From an uncultured Thermoleophilia bacterium (lineage in GTDB: Bacteria; Actinomycetota; Thermoleophilia; UBA2241), in the NCBI GenBank assembly GCA_963702475.1, contig CAVPCT010000002.1, positions 224,001 through 288,000 of the forward strand: DNA of 64,000 bases. Direction: 5' to 3'. How positions within the stretch are numbered: the stretch's first letter is position 1; the number at the start of each line of letters is the position of its first letter. Shown here one piece after another: positions 20,767 through 28,435 of the stretch. The notes below the pieces were generated by a model, which was not told the origin of the DNA, did not search any database, and was given only the letters and a program-made list of their open reading frames with translations. The translations under genes and the position numbers were made by a program.

Positions 20767-21306
20767 ATGAGCACCGAGTGTGTCGTCCGGTTGGCCGACC
20801 CCGAGCACGTCGCCGCACTGCCCGCCATCGAGCGCGCGGCGGCCACCAGGTTCGGCGATTCGCTGCCTCAATCCGTGCTTTCGCATGTCACTTCGGTGGA
20901 CACCCTCGCGGCAGCACAACGTTCGGGTGTACTCTGGGTGGCTCTCGAATCAGCCTGCGACCCGATTGGATTCGCCGTTGCCAGCGTCTGCGGACGGCGC
21001 GTGCATCTCGACGAACTCGATGTGCTTCCTGAGCATGGTCGCAAGGGTGTGGGATCGGCGCTTGTCGAGGCAGTCGAGAACTGGGCGCTGCACAGCGACT
21101 ACATCGAAATCACCCTCACCACCTTCCGCGACGTCCCATGGAATGCGCCGTTCTATGCTCATATCGGTTTCGTGGTGATACCGGAGGGCGAACTCGATGC
21201 GGATCTCCTTCGAAGACTCTCAGATGAGTCTGCCATGGGTCTGGAACGTGTCAGACGGGTGGCGATGCGCAAGTCGCTTAGCCGTCTGACAGGCGCTTCA
21301 ACCTGA
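20767..21306 (+). CDS. GNAT acetyltransferase, cassette gene
   Basis: ELDVLPEHGRKGVGSALV, LTTFRDVPWNAPFY; GGAGG RBS. Confidence 0.9.
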   Translation: MSTECVVRLADPEHVAALPAIERAAATRFGDSLPQSVLSHVTSVDTLAAAQRSGVLWVALESACDPIGFAVASVCGRRVHLDELDVLPEHGRKGVGSALVEAVENWALHSDYIEITLTTFRDVPWNAPFYAHIGFVVIPEGELDADLLRRLSDESAMGLERVRRVAMRKSLSRLTGAST

Positions 21307-21367
21307 CGCGACAGCTCCTCGGCTATCCTGAAAGCGCTCGGCGCGCAGGTTTGCCGCTCTTGAGGCG
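21284..21367 (+). repeat. attC-like site, degenerate core
   Basis: GTCTGAC AGGCGCTTCAACCTGACGCG...CGCGCAGGTTTGCCGC..TTGAGGC. Confidence 0.65.
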
Positions 21368-21481
21368 GAGCTGTCGATAGCCGAGATCGCGTCTATCGAA
21401 GAAGTCATGCCTCCTGACGTTGCCGCTGGGACGCGCTACTCTGAAGCCTCGATGCGGGGACTGGATCTGTGATCGTGCGCC

Positions 21482-21541
21482 GCCGAACAAAGGGTTGCAG
21501 CCGACGTTGCTCCGCAACGCGGCTGACTCCTAACGCTACCG
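21482..21541 (+). repeat. Short (~60 bp) 59-base-element-type attC
   Basis: GCCGAAC AAAGGGTTGCAGCCGACGTTGC TCC GCAACGCGGCTGACTCCTAAC GCTACCG. Confidence 0.75.
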
Positions 21542-21616
21542 GTACAGCAGGGACGTGGGGCCAGTGTCCACCACTCGGGTGTTGCGTCCGTCCGCATCGC
21601 GGGGGAGACTGAAGCC

Positions 21617-21847
21617 ATGCGCAACACCGACCTCGATATCTCCAAGCTCTCAGTCGCCGAGCGCATCCAGCTCGCGGAGGACCTCTGGGACAGCGTCGCC
21701 GCCGAGACCGGTGACCTGCCGCTCACCGAGGCGCAGGCCGCCGAGCTCGACCGCCGCCTCGCCGAGCTCGAGCGCGACCCCGAGGCCGGCGAGAGCTGGC
21801 CGGTCGTGCGCGCGCGCATCGAGCAGCGCCTCGACAGGGCCGGCTGA
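21617..21847 (+). CDS. Putative addiction-module antitoxin
   Basis: LSVAERIQLAEDLWDSV...ELDRRL...GESWPVVRARI. Confidence 0.88.
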   Translation: MRNTDLDISKLSVAERIQLAEDLWDSVAAETGDLPLTEAQAAELDRRLAELERDPEAGESWPVVRARIEQRLDRAG

Positions 21848-21850
21848 GGC

Positions 21851-22146
21851 GTGCGCCTCGTCGTCCGCGAGGCGGCCGAGGCGGACATCGCCGAAGCCGC
21901 CCGTTGGTACGAGCAGCGCTCACCTGGCCTCGGATCGGAGTTCCTGCGCGCCGTCGACGTCACCCTCGCCGAGACCACGCGCATGCCCGAGCGTTACCCG
22001 GTCGTCCGCGGCAGAGCTCGCCGTGCTCTGCTCCGCCGTTTCCCCTAAGCGGTCTACTTTGTCGCCACCCCGGACCTCATCAGCGTCTTCGCTCGCCTGC
22101 ACGCGCGACGCGACCCGAGGCATTGGCGGGAGCGCAGCGAAGCTGA
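21851..22146 (+). pseudogene. RelE/ParE-family toxin with premature stop (22046-22048) and downstream frameshift
   Basis: AEADIAEAARWYEQRSPGLGSEFL...RRALLRRFP*AVYFV...HARRDPRHW. Confidence 0.8.
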
Positions 22147-22180
22147 CCGCTAATCCGAACGTGCGTCGGGCGGGGTAGAG

Positions 22181-22576
22181 GTGGTCACGTCACTGCGACC
22201 CGTCGTGGAGGGCGACCAGGCGAGCATCCAGCGCTGGGCAGGCCTCGCCGCCGGCCACATGTCGCGCACGCATCGTCTCGATGACGCTGCCGATCGCCAC
22301 GCTCCCGCTGAGGGGCTCTGCTGGTACATCCTCGACGCTGACGGCCGCGACGTCGGCACCGTCTGGGTCGAACTGCCCCCCGGCTCAGGCGAAGCGGTCC
22401 TCGGCATCTTCCTCTGCGATGCCTCGCATCTCGGTCGCGGCATCGGCGCCGCCGCCGTCGAGCGCGCCATCGCCTGCTACCGCCGGGTCGGCTTCACGGT
22501 CACCGGCAGCGGCACCAGGTCGCTGCCCTCCGGCGAGACCGTCCCCTACTACAGCATGGTCCTCCCGCCGTGCTGA
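22181..22576 (+). CDS. GNAT acetyltransferase, probably with internal deletion
   Basis: LGIFL.DASHLGRGIG directly joined to RAIACYRRVGF. Confidence 0.6.
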   Translation: MVTSLRPVVEGDQASIQRWAGLAAGHMSRTHRLDDAADRHAPAEGLCWYILDADGRDVGTVWVELPPGSGEAVLGIFLCDASHLGRGIGAAAVERAIACYRRVGFTVTGSGTRSLPSGETVPYYSMVLPPC

Positions 22577-22797
22577 CCCCCATCTCGCCGACGTTCCCCG
22601 ACCTGCCTCACAAGCGCGAGGTCGAGCACGCGCTCACGCAGGTCGAGACGTTTCCCGAGGCGGCGGAGCCGCTCCGCGACCGGGTGAGCCGGCGCCACTT
22701 GCACACGTTCCCCTGCGCGCTGCGCACCGATGAGGTCCGCGTCCTCGCGGTGGCGTATCAGAGGCGCCGGCCGTTCTACTGGGAGGATCGCCGGTGA
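22570..22797 (+). pseudogene. RelE/ParE toxin C-terminal remnant
   Basis: RRHLHTFPC...VRVLAVAYQRRRPFYWEDR. Confidence 0.65.
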
Positions 22798-22801
22798 GTG
22801 C

Positions 22802-22891
22802 GGCTGACAAGCGGATCAAGCCGGCTCGCCGCAGCGCCGGCGGCCTCACGGGAGGCCGGCGCGCTCGCAGCTTATGCGCGGTGCGCTAGCC
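22802..22891 (+). repeat. attC-like site
   Basis: GGCTGAC AAGCGGATCAAGCCGGCTCGC...GCGCTCGCAGCTTATGCGCGGTGC GCTAGCC. Confidence 0.8.
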
Positions 22892-22896
22892 AGACG

Positions 22897-23340
22897 ATGG
22901 CGGTGCGCTTGCAGACCCGGGCGGCAACCCATGACGACACACCGTTTCTGGTGCAGCTTGCGTGCGAGGCGTACCGCGACGTGGTCACCCTCCAGTTCGG
23001 CAGCTGGAACGAGCGCGAGCAGGCCACTCGCTTCGCGGCCAAGGTCGCGCGGCTGCCGTTCGAGGTCGGTGTGCTCGCGGACCGGCCGATCGCTACGGTC
23101 TCGTCGTCGGTCCACGCCGATCGCGTCGTCCTGAACGAACTGCTCGTACTGCCGGAGTTCCAGAACCGCGGGTTCGGCAGCGAACTGCTCGGGCGCGAGA
23201 TCCAGCGCGCTCTGCAGCTGGGCCTCCCACTGCGGCTGCACACGCTCCGGCGAAACCGGGCGTTGCGCCTCTTCGAGCGTCATGGTCTCATCGTCACGGC
23301 ACAGGGAGAGGTCTTCATCGACATGGAACGTGCTGGCTGA
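22897..23340 (+). CDS. GNAT acetyltransferase, cassette gene
   Basis: VLPEFQNRGFGSELL, NRALRLFERHG; starts 6 nt after attC core, stop inside the next inverse core. Confidence 0.85.
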   Translation: MAVRLQTRAATHDDTPFLVQLACEAYRDVVTLQFGSWNEREQATRFAAKVARLPFEVGVLADRPIATVSSSVHADRVVLNELLVLPEFQNRGFGSELLGREIQRALQLGLPLRLHTLRRNRALRLFERHGLIVTAQGEVFIDMERAG

Positions 23341-23424
23341 CATGCGGAGAGAGCTGGCTCGCCGCAGCGCCGACGCTGTCATCAGAAGTCGGCGCGCTCG
23401 CAGCTTGTCCGCGGTGCGTTTGAT
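23335..23424 (+). repeat. attC-like site
   Basis: GGCTGAC ATGCGGAGAGAGCTGGCTCGC...GCGCTCGCAGCTTGTCCGCGGTGC GTTTGAT. Confidence 0.8.
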
Positions 23425-23470
23425 CTGGCGACGCTGACGAATCCCCAGACGCCTGGCCCGGAGGTAGCTG

Positions 23471-24067
23471 GTGCACCTTGTCCTTGATAACCAGCGAGAG
23501 GCAGCGGCCGAGACGCTCGCGGAGGCGTTCAGAAATGATCCGCTGCTCCAGGTTCTCGCGCCCGACCCACGACGGCGGGTGGCAGTCGGTCGTTGGTTCT
23601 TTCGGGTCAGCATCGATTACGGGATGCGATGGGGCCGCGTCTGGGGCGCTGACGACGCCGCGGCGGTCTCCATCTGGCTGCCGCCGGGCAGTCGCTGGAG
23701 CGCCCTGCGCTCGTTGCGCGTCGGGATGGCCGCCTTCCCGTTCCGGGTGGGGCCAGGACCGATGCTGGACGTCATACGAGTCGCCCCTGCTCTCGAACGA
23801 CTCCACCGTTCGGTTCGTGGGCCGCACTGGTATCTCATGGCGATCGGTACGAGACCGTCGAGGCAGGGCGAAGGTTTGGGCAGCGCGCTCGTCGCGGCTG
23901 GTACGTCGCAAGCGGACCTCGCAGGGCTGCCCTGCTACCTTGAGACGTCTACGCAGAGCGCTGTCGACTTCTATGTCAAGCGGGGGTTCGAGGTCGTTGG
24001 CCAGGAGGATCTCAACGGGCACATCCTGTTCGGAATGGTGCGCCCTACGGCATCGTTGCTCATCTGA
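23471..24067 (+). CDS. GNAT acetyltransferase, cassette gene
   Basis: LAEAFRNDP, PHWYLMAIGTRPSRQGEGLGSAL, CYLETS, FYVKRGF; GGAGG RBS. Confidence 0.9.
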   Translation: MHLVLDNQREAAAETLAEAFRNDPLLQVLAPDPRRRVAVGRWFFRVSIDYGMRWGRVWGADDAAAVSIWLPPGSRWSALRSLRVGMAAFPFRVGPGPMLDVIRVAPALERLHRSVRGPHWYLMAIGTRPSRQGEGLGSALVAAGTSQADLAGLPCYLETSTQSAVDFYVKRGFEVVGQEDLNGHILFGMVRPTASLLI

Positions 24068-24145
24068 CCGGCGCCTCAAGCTGACGTCCAGAAGGTCGTA
24101 GCGACGTGAAGGCGCACGGGGCAGCTCATCGGTCACGTGTTGGTC
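24062..24145 (+). repeat. attC-like site
   Basis: ATCTGAC CGGCGCCTCAAGCTGAC...GCAGCTCATCGG...GTTGGTC. Confidence 0.65.
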
Positions 24146-24214
24146 ACAGCCTTCTCCACTGGTTGCGAGGGTACGTTAGTGGTACCGTTGTCAGTAGCAC
24201 AGGAGGTAGCGTCA

Positions 24215-24490
24215 ATGGTATCAGTACCTGACATCGTCCCCATCACCGACCTCCGCCAGGACGCCTCGGGCGTGATCAAGCGCGCGTCCGACACGCAGCA
24301 GCCGGTGTTCATCACGCAGCGCGGCCGCGCCACCGCCGTCGTCGTCAGCGCCAGGGCCTACGAGCGCACGCAGCACGAGCTCGAGGTCCTGCGCCTGCTC
24401 GCACGCGGCGAAGCCGAGATCGAGGCCGGCTCAGGCCACACGCTCGCCGACGTGCTGGCCGAGGCCGACGGGCTGCTCGGCAGGCCGTGA
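24215..24490 (+). CDS. Phd/YefM-family antitoxin
   Basis: IVPITDLRQDAS, PVFITQRGRATAVVVS; AGGAGG RBS. Confidence 0.9.
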   Translation: MVSVPDIVPITDLRQDASGVIKRASDTQQPVFITQRGRATAVVVSARAYERTQHELEVLRLLARGEAEIEAGSGHTLADVLAEADGLLGRP

Positions 24491-24846
24491 GCCGCAGGGT
24501 CCTCTTCACCCCCGCCGCCCGTGAGCAGTTCCTTGCGGCGCTCGCCTACACCGCTGCCGCAGACCCGGCGGCAGCGCGGAGTCTGCGCGATCGCGCCGCG
24601 GCCTCGCTCTCCCGCCTCGCCGACTACCCGGGGTCGGGGCGCGCGCTGCCCGAGTTCCCCGACCTGTCGTTCCGTGCGGTCATCGTGCCACCGTACCGCT
24701 TCTTCTACCGCGTCATGGACGACGCGGTCTGGGTGGTCGCGGCGTGGCACTCGGCCAGCTCCCTGGCGAGCCGACGGACGTTGGGCGTGACTGACAAGCG
24801 GAGAAGCTGGCTCGCAGGCAGCTCTACGGTACACTTCGTAGCGTGA
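24487..24846 (+). CDS. RelE/ParE-family toxin, C-terminus apparently frameshifted into the attC
   Basis: LADYPGSGRALPEFP, PPYRFFYRV, VVAAWH; alternate frame QLPGEPTDVGRD* ends in the inverse core at 24792-24794. Confidence 0.75.
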   Translation: MSRRVLFTPAAREQFLAALAYTAAADPAAARSLRDRAAASLSRLADYPGSGRALPEFPDLSFRAVIVPPYRFFYRVMDDAVWVVAAWHSASSLASRRTLGVTDKRRSWLAGSSTVHFVA

Positions 24847-24877
24847 GCGCTGGCAGCTTGTCCGCGAGGCGTTAGGC
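24789..24877 (+). repeat. attC-like site
   Basis: GACTGAC AAGCGGAGAAGCTGGCTCGC...GCGCTGGCAGCTTGTCCGCGAGGC GTTAGGC. Confidence 0.8.
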
Positions 24878-24908
24878 GAACGAGCAGCGCTCAACAGGGG
24901 GCGAGTGC

Positions 24909-25379
24909 ATGCTGCCGCAAGCGGGACAGGGTCCATGGTGGGCGGCGTTGACGGTGTGGGGTGTCGTCAACTCCGTCAACGTGCTTCAGGCCCTCGGGTT
25001 CCTCTCCAGGGTTCGTTCCGGGGCCATGACGCTCAATCACCGTCTGGGCTACGTGATGATCGCACTCGCCGCGCCGACTCTGATCGCGCTGGTCGGTTAC
25101 GTGAAGTCCCGGGCGGGAGTCCTGACCTATCTCGGTCCGCTCGCGTACCTCGGTTTCGTGGCGTTGATGCTGGCGGTCGACTACATCGCTCCGGTGGAGT
25201 TCCGCTCACCGCCTCGCTACGTCATCCTTGTGCCCTATCTCGCGCTCTTCTTCGGCGCGATCCTCTTGATGGGCCTCCCGATGTACGAGCTGAACCGCTC
25301 GTACTGGCTGGTGACCGTCGTGACCAGCGCGTTGCTCCTTGCCTCCATGGTCGCGGCCATGCGTAAGGGAGTGGGCTGA
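24909..25379 (+). CDS. Hypothetical multi-pass membrane protein, cassette gene
   Basis: About 5 hydrophobic segments; fills the space between two attC-like sites. Confidence 0.65.
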   Translation: MLPQAGQGPWWAALTVWGVVNSVNVLQALGFLSRVRSGAMTLNHRLGYVMIALAAPTLIALVGYVKSRAGVLTYLGPLAYLGFVALMLAVDYIAPVEFRSPPRYVILVPYLALFFGAILLMGLPMYELNRSYWLVTVVTSALLLASMVAAMRKGVG

Positions 25380-25401
25380 CGAGACGCGCGGGTGGATCGT
25401 C

Positions 25402-25491
25402 GCCTGACAAGCGCATCGAGTTGGCTCGCAGTAAGCTCACCGCTGGACTGCATCGCGTGAGCGCTCGCAGCGTGTCCGCGGCGCGTTCGAC
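25402..25491 (+). repeat. attC-like site
   Basis: GCCTGAC AAGCGCATCGAGTTGGCTCGC...GCGCTCGCAGCGTGTCCGCGGCGC GTTCGAC. Confidence 0.8.
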
Positions 25492-25542
25492 GCACGCCGT
25501 TTCTTTGCGGGCGGAGATGCAGCGAGAGGCGGGGAGGCCTGG

Positions 25543-25881
25543 ATGGCATCGGAATTGAGCTTCGTCGAGTTCGTCTGCGACCAGCTTCGTGACGCCGGCG
25601 AGCCGTCGTTTCGCAAGATGTTCGGCGAGTATGTGATCCACCTTGACGGCAAAGTCGTCGCGCTCGTGTGCGACGACCGCCTCTTCGTCAAGCAGACCGC
25701 CGGCGGGCGAGCCTTCCTCGGCGATCCGGTCGAAGCCCCTCCGTATCCCGGGGCCAAGCCGTACTTCCTGATCGGTGACGGACTCGATGATCATGCGTGG
25801 TTGAGCGCGCTGGTTCGCGTGACCACAGAGGAGCTTCCGCCGCCCAAGCCCAAGCGCGCGAGGCGTCCGCGCTCGGAGTAG
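25543..25881 (+). CDS. TfoX N-terminal domain protein, cassette gene
   Basis: RKMFGEY, ALVCDDRLFVKQT, PPYPGAKPYF; GGAGG RBS. Confidence 0.9.
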   Translation: MASELSFVEFVCDQLRDAGEPSFRKMFGEYVIHLDGKVVALVCDDRLFVKQTAGGRAFLGDPVEAPPYPGAKPYFLIGDGLDDHAWLSALVRVTTEELPPPKPKRARRPRSE

Positions 25882-25946
25882 CCGGCCTCGGACTGTCGCC
25901 ACGTCACGGGCAATCGCATCGAGCATCCGTCGCCCGACATGCCGGC

Positions 25947-25975
25947 GTCGAACAAGGGCGTCAACCTGACAACCA
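25947..25975 (+). repeat. attC-like left arm only
   Basis: GTCGAAC AAGGGCGTCAACCTGAC; complementary to GTTCGACGC at 25485. Confidence 0.65.
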
Positions 25976-26195
25976 CGCCGTAGACTGCGGAAGAGAAGTG
26001 CGTCGAACCCCGCCGCCCCGGGCGGCGCGCGCCCAACCAGGTGGTCGCACTTCCCTGCCCGATGCTCTGATGCGGCAGCGCTCCGCGCATCGGCGCGGAT
26101 CCCCGCGAACCTCCGTCTGCACGCGAGCGTCCCACGGGCAAGGGCACAGCCGGCGCAGCCGTTTCCGGCGTGCTCACTCCAGAAGGGGGACCGTG

Positions 26196-26936
26196 ATGGC
26201 ACTCAGGAACAGGTACGCTACCGCCGGACTCGTCGCGGCTCTCGCCCTGGCGCTCGGCGCGCTTGCGGGATGCGGCACTACCGCCACCACTGCCACGTCC
26301 ACCCAGGCAGGCGCCGCCGCCGGCACCGTGACCGCCTCCGGCATGGGCACCGCGCAGGCCGCGCCGGACACGGCCGAGATGTCCTTCGGCGTGACCACGA
26401 TGGCGTCCGACGCAAAGTCGGCACTCGACGACGCCTCCGCGGTCGCCGAGCAGATCGCCTCCGCGGTCAAGAAGCAGGGCGTCGCCGCCGAGGACATCCA
26501 GACGCGCGACGTCAGCGTCTACCCGCAGACGCTAGACCAGGACGGCAAGCAGGTCATCAGCGGCTACCAGGCCTCGCTCAGCGTGCAGGTCAAGGTGCGC
26601 GACATCGCCAAGCTCGGCGAGGTCATCTCGGCGGCGAACGCCGCCGGCGCCAACAGCATCAGTGGACCCGCGTTCACCATCGCCGATCCGGCGCCCGTCC
26701 GCGCGAAGGCGATCGACGAGGCCGTGGCCGACGCCCGCAAGAGCGCCGAGGCGATGGCGAAGGCGGCCGGCAAGAGCGTCGGAGAGGTGCTGAGCATGAG
26801 CTCAGGCGACGTGGGCCTGGTCTCCGTCCCGATGTACGGAGGGGGCGGCGACATGGCCGAGGCGGCCAAAGTGCCCATCGAGCCGGGCCAGCTCGACGTC
26901 ACGGCGAACGTGGTCGTGGTCTTCGAGCTCAAGTAG
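26196..26936 (+). CDS. SIMPL (DUF541) domain lipoprotein
   Basis: Lipobox LAGC; ASGMGTAQAAPDTA, DIQT, GANSISGP, PIEPGQLDVTANV. Confidence 0.88.
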   Translation: MALRNRYATAGLVAALALALGALAGCGTTATTATSTQAGAAAGTVTASGMGTAQAAPDTAEMSFGVTTMASDAKSALDDASAVAEQIASAVKKQGVAAEDIQTRDVSVYPQTLDQDGKQVISGYQASLSVQVKVRDIAKLGEVISAANAAGANSISGPAFTIADPAPVRAKAIDEAVADARKSAEAMAKAAGKSVGEVLSMSSGDVGLVSVPMYGGGGDMAEAAKVPIEPGQLDVTANVVVVFELK

Positions 26937-27204
26937 CCTTGCAGGGCTGAAGCGGGGCAAGCGCTCCGGTTCCTCACGACCCGTCGACACGAGGGCGGCC
27001 ACGGTGCCGCCCTCCTTGGCTGTTGGGCCACGGGCAACGGCGAGCGACTGTGCCTGCTCGCCGCCGTGGGACGGGCCGGCGGTGTCTCCTCACCTGCCCG
27101 ACGCTAAGCGAACGCAGGAGCAGGGAACGAGTCTGTCGACATCATCTGGATGCGCGACCCTCGGACTTCTCACCTGCGGCGCGCCTGACCTGAAGGCGGC
27201 CCTC

Positions 27205-27574
27205 GTGGAGCTCGGTGCGTTCCCGGTGAGTCTCAACGTGCGGGACATCGCAGCGTCCGCGCGTTCTACGAGAGGCTCGGTTTCACTCCCGTCATGGGTG
27301 ATGCGGATCAGGGGTGGCTCATCATGCGCAACGCCCGGACCACCCTCGGGTTGTTCCGGGCGATGCTCGAGAGCACCACCCTCACCTGTGACCCCGGCTG
27401 GGACGCAGAGGCGAACGAACTCAGCTCGTTCGCCGACGTCCGCGAGATCCAGCGCGACCTGAAGGCTGCCGGAGTCCAACTCGACAGCGAGGTGGATGAG
27501 TCGGGGCAGGGCCGGGAAGCCTCGTGCTCCACGACCCCGACAGCACCCCGATCCTTGTCGACCAGCACGTGTAG
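27205..27574 (+). pseudogene. VOC/glyoxalase-family gene, multiply frameshifted
   Basis: ELGAFPVSLNVRDIAAS / FYERLGF, QGWLIM, PGWD..ANELSSFADVREIQ / ILVDQHV*. Confidence 0.75.
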
Positions 27575-27613
27575 CGCGCGGGTCGGGTGGACTTCGCGGT
27601 CGTGCCGCGCGTC

Positions 27614-27690
27614 GCCCAACAGGCGCGTCGACCTGATGCCGGCGCTGAGGAGGCGCTGGCCGAGCAGCTGGTGCGCACCAGGCCATGGAG
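27614..27690 (+). repeat. Degenerate attC-like site
   Basis: GCCCAAC AGGCGCGTCGACCTGATGC...GCACCAGGCCA; GCGTCGCCCAAC roughly complements GCTAAGCGAACGC at 27103. Confidence 0.5.
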
Positions 27691-27775
27691 GGAGTCGCAG
27701 CAGAGGGGTGGCCGGTCCGTCCGACAAGCGGATGCGTAGCGTCCATGCACCTCTGCGATGTCGAGAGGAGCGCTG

Positions 27776-28174
27776 ATGGCTCATACCTGCCGAACCGGTG
27801 GATGCCTCTGCGGGGCGGTCCGGCTTGAGATCTCGGGCGAGCCGTATCGAGTGGGCATTTGCCACTGTCTGGATTGCCGCAAGTATCACGGCGCGGTCTT
27901 CAGCACCTTCGCCGTCTTTCCAGCCGATGCAGTCGCGGTCACAGGCGAAACGAGGAGCTATCGCGACCGGCATTTCTGTCCTGTCTGCGGAGCCTCGGTG
28001 TTCAGCTACTCCGCGGACGAGATCGAGGTCCCTCTGGGCGTCTTCGACGTGCCAGATCAGATGAGGCCGACCTACGAGATCTGGACCAGGCGTCGCGAGG
28101 GCTGGCTGCCTCCCTTCGCTGTCGCCCGCCGCTTCGACGGCGATCGGGAGGGCACCGGAAGGGCGGAGCCCTGA
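27776..28174 (+). CDS. GFA (CENP-V) family Zn-binding protein
   Basis: TGGCLCGAVR, CHCLDCRK, RHFCPVCG; GAGGAG RBS. Confidence 0.92.
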   Translation: MAHTCRTGGCLCGAVRLEISGEPYRVGICHCLDCRKYHGAVFSTFAVFPADAVAVTGETRSYRDRHFCPVCGASVFSYSADEIEVPLGVFDVPDQMRPTYEIWTRRREGWLPPFAVARRFDGDREGTGRAEP

Positions 28175-28435
28175 CAAGACCACTGCGTCGATGGAGAGGG
28201 TGGAACGGGGCTTCGTCTGGGCGACGTTGCAGGGGAGAGGCTCGGTGGCCACGGCCGCATGGAGTCGGTCGTCGACGCCCGCGCCAGCCCCATGGCTCCG
28301 ATCACCGCCACGAACAAGACGTCTTCGGGAGCCGTCAGGGAGCGATCTCATCCGCCGTCCGCGACGGCGGCTGCCTTCGCCGCGACGAGGCGCTGGGTGG
28401 TTCCAGTTCGGTGCTCGCGCGGCGTGAGCGGTCGA

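Larger units (their letters stand above)
12850..28180 (+). mobile_element. Degenerate integron gene-cassette array without integrase (CALIN-like), interrupted by non-cassette DNA at ~15.3-20.6 kb
   Basis: About 12 attC-like imperfect palindromes downstream of single genes or TA pairs; cassette-end complementarity; typical cassette cargo. Confidence 0.8.

Noticed and set aside
12850-28180. Repeats as a CRISPR array
   Set aside because: Repeats are divergent and separated by whole genes; no cas genes
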